This document shows positions 1 to 10,342 of a stretch of 27,090 nucleotides of DNA, piece by piece. Location of the stretch: the NCBI GenBank assembly GCA_964651025.1, contig CAZYXF010000001.1, positions 1-27,090 on the forward strand, in the 5' to 3' direction. Source of the stretch: an uncultured archaeon (GTDB lineage Archaea; Aenigmatarchaeota; Aenigmatarchaeia; GW2011-AR5; JAHLMP01). The position numbers and the translations under genes are program-made. The number at the start of each line of letters is the position of its first letter. Position 1 is the first letter of the stretch. Under the pieces are notes generated by a model. The model did no database searches and had not been told where the DNA came from. It saw only the letters and a program-made list of their open reading frames with translations.

Positions 1-1731
<1,731 letters not shown>

Positions 1732-1734
1732 CTT

Positions 1735-1750
1735 CTCACAAGCTCACAAG
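1735..1750. repeat. 8-bp tandem direct repeat (CTCACAAG x2) at the tRNA-Cys 3' end / sepS junction
   Basis: ctcacaag at 1735-1742 and 1743-1750. The second copy includes tRNA positions C72 and U73. Confidence 0.6.
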
Positions 1751-1819
1751 CCGGGGAGGGGATTCGAACCCCTGTGAACCGGTCTGCAGCCGGTCGCATA
1801 GCCACTCTGCCACCCCGGC
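1749..1819 (-). tRNA. tRNA-Cys(GCA)
   Basis: Reverse complement folds as acceptor GCCGGGG/CCCCGGC, anticodon arm ACCGG-CTGCAGA-CCGGT, T arm AGGGG-TTCGAAT-CCCCT. U73 and G37 present. No intron and no encoded CCA. Confidence 0.97.
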
Positions 1820-1953
1820 ATTTCGGCCACAAGAACCTTAAAGCTAGAAACGAAAAATCTAGCAAACAGGAGAGAAATAAATTTAGGTTTTTACTTTTAT
1901 TTCTAGCAAAGGCAAACCTCTCTACCCATCATGCGAGTCCTTGGAGGAAATTT

Positions 1954-2334
1954 TTAAATAGGGTTCACTCTTATCTCCTTAGCAACGAGCTCGAGCTCAC
2001 CCTTATACTCGACCAATTTGCCAACGACCTCTATTTTACTTCCTTTTCTAATCTTCTCCAACACCGCTTTGTTCTTTCTCGCAGTGTTCGCGAAGATCAC
2101 AACCTTTATGCTGCTCTCATTCTCTAGCGTTAGGAAAACGTGACCAGCTTCGTGCTCTCTTATTTTGGTTACGTAGCCGGAGGTTGCAATGAACTTCCCA
2201 AGCAAGGACTCGTCTATTTCCTTTATGCTAACCTTCGTTGGCTCCAAGCAAATGGAGAGGAGGAAAAGGCCGAGCAACCCGAGCAAGGAAAGGACAAGCG
2301 AAAGCCTTTGAAGCGATTCATCATTCATGCTCAT
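1954..2334 (-). CDS. OB-fold nucleic acid-binding protein with N-terminal transmembrane anchor
   Basis: Start moved to ATG 2334, which overlaps the CBS gene TGA (ATGA); 126 aa. Hydrophobic LSLVLSLLGLLGLFLLSICL is followed by an OB pattern (GYVTKI, HVFLTL, IKVVIF, IEVVGKLVEYKGELEL). Confidence 0.75.
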   Translation of the reverse strand: MSMNDESLQRLSLVLSLLGLLGLFLLSICLEPTKVSIKEIDESLLGKFIATSGYVTKIREHEAGHVFLTLENESSIKVVIFANTARKNKAVLEKIRKGSKIEVVGKLVEYKGELELVAKEIRVNPI

Positions 2335-2777
2335 CCTCCAACTTCTGTCTTCCTTCTCACAGGAAACCACTTGGCGAGCTTCTCTATTATGGCGTCTTCT
2401 AGCTTAACACCACTCGCAACTATATCGGTTACAGTGATTATCCCAACTAGTTCGTCGTTTTCAACAACTGGCAACTTCTTGATTCTGTTCTCCGTCATTA
2501 TCTCGGCCGCTTTTTCTATTGGCGTGTCTGGCGTTGTAGTTATAACATTCCTCGTCATTATCTCCTTGACAGGTGTTTCCAAACTCCTCCTCTCATTGAC
2601 TATCTTAGAGAGTACATCATATTCCGTAACGATTCCTATGACCTTCTTTCCAGTCTCCTTATCGACTATGACAACGCTTCCAGCGTGATTCTCGACCATC
2701 AAATCTAAAACGTCTTTCACTGTAGCGTCTTCTGTCAAAACGAGCACATTTCGCTTCATTATGTGCTTGACCAGCAT
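2331..2777 (-). CDS. CBS-domain pair protein
   Basis: 148 aa with two CBS repeats (VKHIMKRNV...GIVTEYDV; VKEIMTRNV...LPVVENDELVGIITVTDI). Confidence 0.92.
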   Translation of the reverse strand: MLVKHIMKRNVLVLTEDATVKDVLDLMVENHAGSVVIVDKETGKKVIGIVTEYDVLSKIVNERRSLETPVKEIMTRNVITTTPDTPIEKAAEIMTENRIKKLPVVENDELVGIITVTDIVASGVKLEDAIIEKLAKWFPVRRKTEVGG

Positions 2778-2856
2778 GCTAATATTTGGAGGCTGTATAA
2801 AAAGCTATCAAATTAATTCCTTCTGCTCTAAATTTTCATAGATTAATGACGGGTGA

Positions 2857-3999
2857 TTGGTGATCGCTGTGAAAGAACAAAAGATAAACGTGCTCGATCC
2901 ATTTGGAGCGAGCGTGATTAGGGATTACTCTCGGCTCTTTCAAGAATTTGGCCTGGAAAGAATAGACGAGAAGCTGATCGCGAGAATGAAAGAACTTGGA
3001 ATTGAAATAAGCGTTTTCATCCGCCGTGGCATAGATTTTGCGCATAGGGATTTTGACAAGGTGCTCGACGCTTACGAGCGTGGCGAGCCAATAGCGATAT
3101 TGAGCGGGATAAAGCCGAGCAACGTTTTCCATTTGGGAACAAAGATAACAGCCGAGAAAATAATCTACTTCCAGCGCGTCCTTAAAGCGCGCGTTTTTTA
3201 TTGCATCGCTGATCTGGAAGCCCTTGTCGATAATCAAATACCACTCGAGAAAGCAAAGGAAATAGCGATAGATAACGTAGCTGATTTACTTGCTCTGGGT
3301 TTAGATGCGAACAACGCTTACATTTACTTTCAGTCTCGGGAAAAAAGAGTTACAAATCTCGCTTATCTCTTCTCAAGAAAGATAACGCTGAACACGCTTC
3401 GCAGCTTATATGGCGAGCGCAGTCTTGGCTTGTACTTCGCAGCATTGACACAAGCGGGCGATATATTGCTTCCACAGCTCAAAGACTTTGATGGAAAGAA
3501 GGTCGTGCTCGTCCCAGTTGGAATTGACCAAGACCCGCACATTCGCTTGACTCGCGACCTCGTTGCAAAAGTTCGCGAGCTATACGATTTCTTGCCGCCT
3601 GCTGCTATCTATCACAAGCTCTCCCGCTCTTTGACCGGAGAAGCTAAGATGAGCAAGCGCTCCCCAATGGGAATGATATCGCTCAACGACGAGCTTGAGC
3701 TTGTTGAAAGGAAGATAAAGCTCGCCCTTGATGCTGGTGGTGGAACTGCAGTCGAGCACAGGGAAAGAGGCGGGAGACCGGAGCTCTGCCCTGTTTTTGA
3801 GCTGTTGAAGTTTCATTTCCTGTACGACGATTCAAAGCTGAGGGAATTTGAGGAGCGATGCAAATCTGGCGAGCTTCTGTGCGGTGAGTGCAAAGAAAAA
3901 GTTGCGGAGATAGCAGTTCGATACCTGAAAGAACACCAGGAGAAGAAAAGGAAACTGATGGATAAAGCGAGAGAGATAATCGAGAATTCATGGAGGTGA
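2857..3999 (+). CDS. trpS: Tryptophanyl-tRNA synthetase (archaeal type)
   Basis: HIGH-like FHLGT, YFQS, QAGDIL, VPVGIDQDPH, KMSKR and C-terminal LLCGECK. The true start may be GTG 2860 or 2869 (GGTGA elements upstream). Confidence 0.93.
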   Translation: MVIAVKEQKINVLDPFGASVIRDYSRLFQEFGLERIDEKLIARMKELGIEISVFIRRGIDFAHRDFDKVLDAYERGEPIAILSGIKPSNVFHLGTKITAEKIIYFQRVLKARVFYCIADLEALVDNQIPLEKAKEIAIDNVADLLALGLDANNAYIYFQSREKRVTNLAYLFSRKITLNTLRSLYGERSLGLYFAALTQAGDILLPQLKDFDGKKVVLVPVGIDQDPHIRLTRDLVAKVRELYDFLPPAAIYHKLSRSLTGEAKMSKRSPMGMISLNDELELVERKIKLALDAGGGTAVEHRERGGRPELCPVFELLKFHFLYDDSKLREFEERCKSGELLCGECKEKVAEIAVRYLKEHQEKKRKLMDKAREIIENSWR

Positions 4000-4682
4000 A
4001 GTTCGTTCGCGGATATCCTTGCATGTTAATGGGGAGAACTTTAATCCTTGCTGACTTGCACATTGGCTATGAGTTGATGTTAAGAGCACGAGATGTGCAC
4101 GTAAGCGAGGTAAGAACGCTTGTGAACTCAATTTCAACAATAAGAAAGAAAACGAAAGCAAGGTCTATCATCATAGTTGGGGACTTAAAGCACCAACTTG
4201 TTAGAAGGTTGAGAGACGAAGCTTTACTGCTGCGAGGCTTTGTAAGATTTTTGCACAGGGAGTTTGAAGATGTGTTGCTCGTAAAGGGAAACCATGATGG
4301 AAAAATAGAGGAAATTACAAGCAAGCTTCGCGTTTGCAAGTTCGTTTCTTTCAATGGCGATGTTCTCTTGCTTCACGGTCATGCACTTTTCGGTTTGGAT
4401 GTCGAGCATTACAAAACTGTAATCATGGCACATGTTCATCCAGCGATGAAAAGTCTAACAAGAGACGAAAGGGTGTGGATCGTTATGAGAAATCGAAACG
4501 GACAAAAACTCATCATAATGCCAAGCTTCGCTTCACTTGTCGGCATGCTCTATCTCACTCGGGATAGCCTATTCTCGTTGGTGAAAGAGAACGCGATCGT
4601 TAAGAAATTCTCGCCTGTCAATTGTGAGATTTATTCTCTCTTTGGAAAGAAACTATGTGAGCTTTATGAGCTACGAGCTTGA
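3990..4682 (+). CDS. Calcineurin-like metallophosphoesterase, Lhr-associated type
   Basis: Motifs ADLHIG, GDLKH, GNHD, HGH, HVHP. Overlaps the start of the Lhr helicase gene, a known gene pairing. Confidence 0.88.
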   Translation: MEVKFVRGYPCMLMGRTLILADLHIGYELMLRARDVHVSEVRTLVNSISTIRKKTKARSIIIVGDLKHQLVRRLRDEALLLRGFVRFLHREFEDVLLVKGNHDGKIEEITSKLRVCKFVSFNGDVLLLHGHALFGLDVEHYKTVIMAHVHPAMKSLTRDERVWIVMRNRNGQKLIIMPSFASLVGMLYLTRDSLFSLVKENAIVKKFSPVNCEIYSLFGKKLCELYELRA

Positions 4683-7302
4683 CCTGCTTCACCCAAAGGT
4701 TCGCGAGCTAGCCAAAAGCAGGTTCAAGAAGCTTACGTCGATTCAATCCTTGGCTATACCTCGCATACTTAAAGGCGAAAGCCTGCTCTTGATTGCAGGA
4801 ACTGGATTTGGAAAAACAGAAGCAGCGATGCTACCGCTCTTCAGCAAGTTGCTCGAGGAAAAACCAAAGCCAATCGCACTGCTCTACATAACTCCGCTTC
4901 GCGCTTTGAATCGCGATCTATTCTCTCGACTCTTTTGGTGGGGAGATAGGCTAAACTTAAGCATTGGGATAAGGCATGGAGACACGCCTGAAATAGAAAG
5001 AAGGGAGCAGAGGGAAACACCGCCTTTAATACTGATAACCACTCCAGAAAGCCTGCAGATAATTTTGGCCGGCAAGGTAATGAGAAAACACCTTGCAAAC
5101 GTGAGATATGTCGTTATCGATGAGGTTCATGAGCTACTAGGGAGCAAACGTGGCGTCTCGCTTCTCTTCGCTCTAGCTCGCTTACGCTTGCTCACGAGAA
5201 AAAAATTTCAGACGATTGCTCTTTCTGCTACGATTGGAAATCCCCAAGACTTCGCAAAAGCCCTTGGTGTTAAAGTTGTCAAAAGTCTAGAGGAAAGAGA
5301 GCTAGAAGCCACGATTTTGGTGAAAGGAGATATCGATACCCTAGCCGAACTAATTAACAAAGCCAAGAGCTCAATAGTCTTCACGAACACAAGAGATCAA
5401 GCTGAGTGGCTCACGAAGAAGCTAAAGGAAAGATTAAACAAAGTAGAGGTTCATCACAGCTCCATAGAAAAGTCGCACAGAAAGCTTGTTGAAAGCAAGC
5501 TCAGAGAAAGCGCGCTCCAATGCGTTGTCGCAACTAGCTCGCTAGAGCTCGGCATAGATATAGGCGAAGTTGAGGTTGTCATTCAATACTCTTCTCCAAG
5601 ACAGGTTGTTAAGCTCTTGCAAAGAGCAGGTAGGAGCTTGCATCGCGGAATGAAAAAGCAAAGGGTTGTGATTTTAGCTAGCGAAAGCGAGCTTCACGAG
5701 TGCGCCGCAATCGTCGAGCTTGCCCTCGAAAGAAAGCTCGAACGCACCGAGATTCCTTCTCTTTCCCTCGACATCTTAGCGCACCAAATCGTTGGTCTCT
5801 GTCTGAATCGCGATTTTGTAAACCTAGAAGCGATTTATGAACTGGCGAGAAGCGTTTATCCATTTCGCAAGCTTAGAAAGAAGGAGCTGATAGAAGTTGT
5901 TGATTTCCTCTGTGATTTGGGTCTCATAAAGAGATGCGGGAATTTGATAAGAAGAAGGAGAAGGGCTTGGGAGTACTATTACGAGAACGCATCAACCATA
6001 CCAGAGAGCAAGTTCATTAGCATGAAGGATATCGCGAGTGGTAAGCTCATCGCGAAACTTGATTCGAATTTCGTTAGCGAGTACTGCTCTCCTGGTGCAA
6101 CATTCGTATGCGCAGGCATTACCTGGCGCGTTGTAAGCGTCGAGGAAGCTTGCGTTCACGTCGAGAGATGCGAGCATGACTTTTACGCAATTCCGTATTG
6201 GTCTGGAGAGCTCATACCAGTTTCCAAAGAAGTTGCAGCACACGCTGCAGAGCTGTTGGCAGGAAATGGGCTTGAGAGTTTAGAATTCCTGAGCGAGCAT
6301 GCTAGAAAAGTGTTGTTGGAGATGAAGAGAGCGCAAGAAAATTTCTTCAGGCCGAGCACTTCGAGCATAGTGATAGAAAAGTGGAGAGGGAACACGATAT
6401 TGCACGCGTTCTTTGGACAGCGAGTAAATGAAACGCTCGCTTACTATTTGGTCTCCAAGCTAAAAGCAATAAGCGGTGTTTCACCTCGTATCAAGGTGAC
6501 ACCTTATGCAATTGTAGTCTCAACCAGTTTGGAAAAGAATTTTCTCAAGGAGCTGCTTTGCGCTAGCAGCAAAACCGCTTTCATAGCAATTGTGCTCGAG
6601 TTTTTGGTTAACACTCCGCTTTTCAAAAAGGTCTTTCAGCAAGTCGCTGTGAGGTTTGGCATCTTGAAAAGGAGTAGCGATGTTTCATTGGAATTACTAG
6701 GAAAGTTGATAAAAACCTATGAGAACTCTCCTGTTTACAAGGAAACACTAAACGAGATCTCCCAAAGAAAGCTAGACTTAGATGGGGCATATGAGGTGAT
6801 AAAGAAAATCGCAAGTAACGAGATCAGACTAGAAGAGACAAAAGCCCTTTCGCCGCTTGGAAAAATAGCGCTTGAGTACGGCAAGCCTATTGCGAGAGAA
6901 CTTGAGTCAAGCGAGGCCTCGTTAGAAGACTTTAAGAGAAGGATAGAAAATAGATTAGCGAAACTTGTCTGCGCGAATTGCAAGCGAGTTATTTGCAAGC
7001 GATTCGTGAGGGAAATTCGCGAAGCTGATTTGGCTCACTCATGCAAATGTGGCTCAAGGTTAATTGCAGCCCTCTTTGGAGAGGAAAACCTTCCGAAGAG
7101 CAAACTCATTGAGAACGCCGAGCTAATAAAAGAATATGGAAGGCTAGCCCTCTTAGCTCTTGCAACACCTGGAGTTGGCCTGAAAACAGCTAAGCGATTG
7201 CTCGCTAGATTTCCAAGAGATGAGAAAAACTTGCTTTCGAGATTGTACGAAGCCTGGCGTGTTTATCTGAGGACGAGAAAATTCTGGAAATTGGAGGAAT
7301 AG
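4666..7302 (+). CDS. lhr: Lhr-like SF2 helicase (archaeal, C-terminal Cys cluster and HhH)
   Basis: Likely start ATG 4666 (MSYELDLLHP; 878 aa). GTGFGKT, LYITPLRALNRD, TTPESL, DEVH, SAT, LELGIDIG, QRAGRS, C-terminal CANC..CKCG and PGVGLKTA. Confidence 0.92.
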   Translation: MSYELDLLHPKVRELAKSRFKKLTSIQSLAIPRILKGESLLLIAGTGFGKTEAAMLPLFSKLLEEKPKPIALLYITPLRALNRDLFSRLFWWGDRLNLSIGIRHGDTPEIERREQRETPPLILITTPESLQIILAGKVMRKHLANVRYVVIDEVHELLGSKRGVSLLFALARLRLLTRKKFQTIALSATIGNPQDFAKALGVKVVKSLEERELEATILVKGDIDTLAELINKAKSSIVFTNTRDQAEWLTKKLKERLNKVEVHHSSIEKSHRKLVESKLRESALQCVVATSSLELGIDIGEVEVVIQYSSPRQVVKLLQRAGRSLHRGMKKQRVVILASESELHECAAIVELALERKLERTEIPSLSLDILAHQIVGLCLNRDFVNLEAIYELARSVYPFRKLRKKELIEVVDFLCDLGLIKRCGNLIRRRRRAWEYYYENASTIPESKFISMKDIASGKLIAKLDSNFVSEYCSPGATFVCAGITWRVVSVEEACVHVERCEHDFYAIPYWSGELIPVSKEVAAHAAELLAGNGLESLEFLSEHARKVLLEMKRAQENFFRPSTSSIVIEKWRGNTILHAFFGQRVNETLAYYLVSKLKAISGVSPRIKVTPYAIVVSTSLEKNFLKELLCASSKTAFIAIVLEFLVNTPLFKKVFQQVAVRFGILKRSSDVSLELLGKLIKTYENSPVYKETLNEISQRKLDLDGAYEVIKKIASNEIRLEETKALSPLGKIALEYGKPIARELESSEASLEDFKRRIENRLAKLVCANCKRVICKRFVREIREADLAHSCKCGSRLIAALFGEENLPKSKLIENAELIKEYGRLALLALATPGVGLKTAKRLLARFPRDEKNLLSRLYEAWRVYLRTRKFWKLEE

Positions 7303-7325
7303 CGTTTCTAATCGTTTTGTGAAAA

Positions 7326-7333
7326 TTTAAATA
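7326..7333 (+). promoter_or_regulatory. TATA box (TTTAAATA) with purine-rich BRE-like GTGAAAA upstream, for the Lys-rich small ORF
   Basis: Lies just downstream of the lhr stop and 31 nt before ATG 7365. Confidence 0.55.
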
Positions 7334-7364
7334 GTGGATAAGTGCAAAAACTTTTAGTGGAAGA

Positions 7365-7463
7365 ATGGCGAGGAAGAAGAAAAAGACGAAGAAAAAGAAG
7401 ACCGCAAAGAAAAAGAAGGCGAAAAAGAAGAAAGCTAAGAAAAGGAAGAAGAAAAAGAAGTAG
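7365..7463 (+). CDS. 32-aa Lys-rich, protamine/histone-H1-tail-like peptide
   Basis: MARKKKKTKKKKTAKKKKAKKKKAKKRKKKKK* (23 K, 2 R). AAG and AAA codons are mixed, with a TATA upstream and a T-rich tract downstream. Below the ORF track cutoff. Confidence 0.72.
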   Translation: MARKKKKTKKKKTAKKKKAKKKKAKKRKKKKK

Positions 7464-7470
7464 CGATTAA

Positions 7471-7504
7471 CCCTTCTTTTTGTTGTTGGCTTGTTTCGTT
7501 TTTC
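7471..7504 (+). terminator. Oligo-T terminator-like tract
   Basis: cccttctttttgttgttggcttgtttcgtttttc, 7 nt after the small ORF stop, in the gap facing the convergent taw1. Confidence 0.5.
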
Positions 7505-7547
7505 ATAGGTTATTCAAAAGTGTAAAGGCAGTTCAAACGAAGTTAAA

Positions 7548-8477
7548 TTACTTCCTCAAGAGCGCAACCCTGCTCTCTCTACTTTCGTCAACAAGCTTAT
7601 ACCCGCTTTCCCTCGCTATAATTCTAGCGAACTCCACTATCTCTTCATGAAGTGGCATGGCTTCATAGGGCAATCGTTTCCTTGCGAATCCAACGCTCAT
7701 AAACGATTTAACTTCGACGAACTTCGGCTCATAGCGAGCTATCAATTTCGCATAGGCTTCTGGCCTTATGAAATTGAGGTTTTTCACAAGCGTTAGCCTG
7801 ATCACTGTGTTGCAAGAGAAAGAAGCGAGCAAGGAGAGGCTCTCGTTTATCCGCTTCCACCCATCGCTTATCAATGGTCTGCACGTCTTTTTATAGGTTT
7901 CTTCGTCTGGTGCTGGAAGCGTTATATATAACTGCGTAGGCTCTTCCATAGTTTTCAAAACTTCTGGCAGCGTTCCATTCGTAACGACAAAACAAGTCAT
8001 GCCCCGTGATTTTATCTCGCTTATAAGTTCCGAAACTTTAGGATAGAGCAATGGTTCTCCTGCCAGGCTCAAGGTCATGTGCTTTGGTCTCATTGCTTCT
8101 TCGAAGAGCTTTCTCGAAACTCGCGGATTTCCCTTAAAGCCCTGAAGTAGCTCTTTGTGAGCCTTGATGCAAGCGTCTACTATCTCGCTTGGCTCGTCTA
8201 TTTCAACATTGCTCATGCTCGTCCCAAATGTCGCGTCTACATTGCGCCAGCAGAACAGGCAGCGATGGGTGCACCAAAATAGCGCAGGCGTTATCTGAAC
8301 GCAGCGATGCGAAGCTATTCCATAGAACTTGTGCTTGTAGCAAAAACCTTCGCCTCTCAATGCTTTCTTGCACCAAAGGCAAACCTTAACAGCACTATGC
8401 TTGTGCTTTCCAACTACGCGATATGCCTTTTCTTCGTATTCCCTTATAGCACGCTCAAGTTTGGCTTTCTCTATCAT
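7548..8477 (-). CDS. taw1: 4-demethylwyosine synthase Taw1/TYW1 (radical SAM tRNA modification)
   Basis: HSAVKVCLWC, CYKHKFYGIASHRC, radical SAM CTHRCLFCWR, LSLAGEP, VTNGT, VEVKSFM. Start moved to ATG 8477 (309 aa). Confidence 0.94.
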   Translation of the reverse strand: MIEKAKLERAIREYEEKAYRVVGKHKHSAVKVCLWCKKALRGEGFCYKHKFYGIASHRCVQITPALFWCTHRCLFCWRNVDATFGTSMSNVEIDEPSEIVDACIKAHKELLQGFKGNPRVSRKLFEEAMRPKHMTLSLAGEPLLYPKVSELISEIKSRGMTCFVVTNGTLPEVLKTMEEPTQLYITLPAPDEETYKKTCRPLISDGWKRINESLSLLASFSCNTVIRLTLVKNLNFIRPEAYAKLIARYEPKFVEVKSFMSVGFARKRLPYEAMPLHEEIVEFARIIARESGYKLVDESRESRVALLRK

Positions 8478-8515
8478 GAAGAACTTGTCTATAAAATTGA
8501 AAAGCAATAGCTATC

Positions 8516-9193
8516 ATGCCTTACTGCGATCTGCGCGTTGAAATTAAAGACAAAAAGAAGGCAGCGAGATTTGCGAAACTCTTGGGCATAAATTACATAG
8601 GGCTTGAAACAGCCGAAATTGGCGAGCGAGTTGATGAAGTCGAGCTTGTTAAGATACTGGTCTTAAGGCCGAGAAGCGATGAAGAGCTTAGGTCGATGAT
8701 AAGGAAGGTTAGAAATAAAGTCGAAGTTGTGATAGTCGAGAGCGACGAATATGATCTCATCAGACTTGCCTGTAGCGACACTCGCGTGGATTTGTTATCT
8801 TTGGTTTATCCAAGGGGCGCGGAGAGCTTTGACCACATATGCGCGAGATTGGCGAGTGAAAACAACGTTGCCGTCGAGATAAACTTCTCTTTCATGCTAA
8901 ACTCAAAGAACAGGGTTAGGACGTTTCGCGCCTTGAGAAAGGTGATAATGCTGTGCGAGAAGTATAAGACGCCGATGATCATAGTTAGTGGAGCCCGCGA
9001 CGAATGGGAGTTAAGAGCTCCTCGAGATCTAGCTTCAATTGCGAGTGTGCTTGGAATGGATGTCGCGAGGGCGATAGAGGGTGTTTCGGATATACCATTC
9101 AACCTTATAAAAAGGAATAGAGAAAAGCTGAGTGGCAAGCGAATTGGAGATGCTCTTAAAGTCGTTGAAGGAGGTGATTTAAATGAAGCCTAA
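8516..9193 (+). CDS. rnp3: RNase P protein component 3 (Rpp30)
   Basis: PHP-like pattern FDHICARLASENNVAVEINF and IVSGARDEWELRAPRDL. Directly followed by Pop5. Confidence 0.92.
   Translation: MPYCDLRVEIKDKKKAARFAKLLGINYIGLETAEIGERVDEVELVKILVLRPRSDEELRSMIRKVRNKVEVVIVESDEYDLIRLACSDTRVDLLSLVYPRGAESFDHICARLASENNVAVEINFSFMLNSKNRVRTFRALRKVIMLCEKYKTPMIIVSGARDEWELRAPRDLASIASVLGMDVARAIEGVSDIPFNLIKRNREKLSGKRIGDALKVVEGGDLNEA
9170..9177 (+). promoter_or_regulatory. Shine-Dalgarno GGAGGTGA for rnp2
   Basis: Perfect archaeal SD 5 nt before ATG 9183. Confidence 0.75.
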
Positions 9194-9557
9194 AGTTCTG
9201 CCCCCAACCCTAAGGGAAAAGGATAGGTATATAGTCTTTGAAGTCATAAGCGATGGGGACTTTACCCTAGAGGATTTGATAAAGGCCACGAGAATTTCTT
9301 TCCTCTCGCTTTTTGGCGAGCTTGGGCTAAGCGAGTGCGGAATTAGGTTTTTGAGAAATCTCTATGATGAAAAGAATAAACGTGGTGTGATAAGGTGTGT
9401 TCACAACAAGATAGAAGAAGTGAGAACTGCACTTGCTTTCATAAGGAAGGTAAACGAGGTTAACGTCATCGTTCGCGTTCTCGGCATTACAGGAACTGTG
9501 AAGTCTGCGAGGAAAAAGTTTTTAGGCCAAACAAATCTGATTGGATATGGAGAGTAA
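9183..9557 (+). CDS. rnp2: RNase P protein component 2 (Pop5)
   Basis: MKPKVLPPTLREKDRYIVFE, LFGELG, GVIRC, GITGTVKSARKK. Confidence 0.93.
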   Translation: MKPKVLPPTLREKDRYIVFEVISDGDFTLEDLIKATRISFLSLFGELGLSECGIRFLRNLYDEKNKRGVIRCVHNKIEEVRTALAFIRKVNEVNVIVRVLGITGTVKSARKKFLGQTNLIGYGE

Positions 9558-9972
9558 AGCTGAGAAATTCAACTACAGCTCGCTCTTCCAGCGAGCAAAA
9601 GCTAACATAAAGTTCGTTGGAAGCGAAGCGAAGTTCACACCACCTGAGCTGAGGATAGATGTCATTGGAAGGAAGACTATCATAAGGAACTTCGTTGATT
9701 TCTGCGATTTCTTCCGTCGCGACCCAAAGCAAGTTGCTCGTTATTTGTTTCGCCAGCTTGGGATACCAGGCACGATAGAGGGAAAGCGACTAATTCTACA
9801 GCAGCGTTATGATGAGCGAACCATAAAGAAAGTCCTTGACGAATACCTTGAATACTACGTCTATTGTAAGGAGTGTGGATCAAAGGATACAGTTATCTTA
9901 AAGCGAGGGAAGAACATTTACTTGCGTTGCGAAGCCTGCGGTGCCGAGCGCGGATTGAGAAAAGTGAAATAA
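9547..9972 (+). CDS. eif2b: Translation initiation factor aIF-2 beta
   Basis: KTIIRNF, RRDPK, LGIPG, YVYCKECGSKDT and CEACGA (C4 zinc ribbon). ATG 9547 preferred to TTG 9541. Confidence 0.92.
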   Translation: MESKAEKFNYSSLFQRAKANIKFVGSEAKFTPPELRIDVIGRKTIIRNFVDFCDFFRRDPKQVARYLFRQLGIPGTIEGKRLILQQRYDERTIKKVLDEYLEYYVYCKECGSKDTVILKRGKNIYLRCEACGAERGLRKVK

Positions 9973-10334
9973 TGCGAGGGCAGTGGTTCATAATAACAGC
10001 TGTTTCGATAATCGCTTCTCTCGCTTTGTTTTCCTTAAGTCTAACCATTCCAGTTGAGCTCGATGTGACAGAGCCGGCTAGAGTAAGCGAGGGCTTTTAC
10101 TTCAGGAATTTCGTTGAAGAGCTGAACAAAACCGTGAACTATTGCCTTACCGATTCGCTTGACTGTGAGAAAGAAATCAAGTGGTTCATAGCCTATGCGA
10201 GAAAGGAGCTCGCTGGAATGGGCTATAATCTCGTTGTTAAGAACAGGACTTCGCTTCTCTCCTTTCCCATAAAATTCTACATCGAGCTCTCATCAGAGAG
10301 AGCAAACATATCGCAAGTGTTTTCGTTTCCTTGA
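9972..10334 (+). CDS. Small secreted protein with class III (prepilin-type) signal peptide
   Basis: ATG 9972 overlaps the aIF2-beta TAA (TAATG). N-terminus is MRG|QWFIITAVSIIASLALFSLSL; 120 aa. Confidence 0.65.
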   Translation: MRGQWFIITAVSIIASLALFSLSLTIPVELDVTEPARVSEGFYFRNFVEELNKTVNYCLTDSLDCEKEIKWFIAYARKELAGMGYNLVVKNRTSLLSFPIKFYIELSSERANISQVFSFP

Positions 10335-10342
10335 TTCTCGAG

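Noticed and set aside
2331-2777. CBS protein as part of the methanogen sulfur-assimilation system linked to SepCysS
   Set aside because: It is a bare CBS pair without the DUF39 or ferredoxin partner domains, and proximity alone is insufficient.
3100-3150. TrpRS HIGH motif reading HLGT
   Set aside because: The last position of HIGH is known to vary in TrpRS and all other motifs are intact, so this is not enough to claim altered function.
3990-7302. Metallophosphoesterase-Lhr pair as a novel defence system
   Set aside because: This is a well-known conserved DNA/RNA repair-associated gene pairing, with no accessory genes around it.
7365-7463. Lys-rich peptide as ribosomal protein eL41
   Set aside because: It lacks the conserved Trp and the Arg-dominated KWxKKRxRRLKR pattern.
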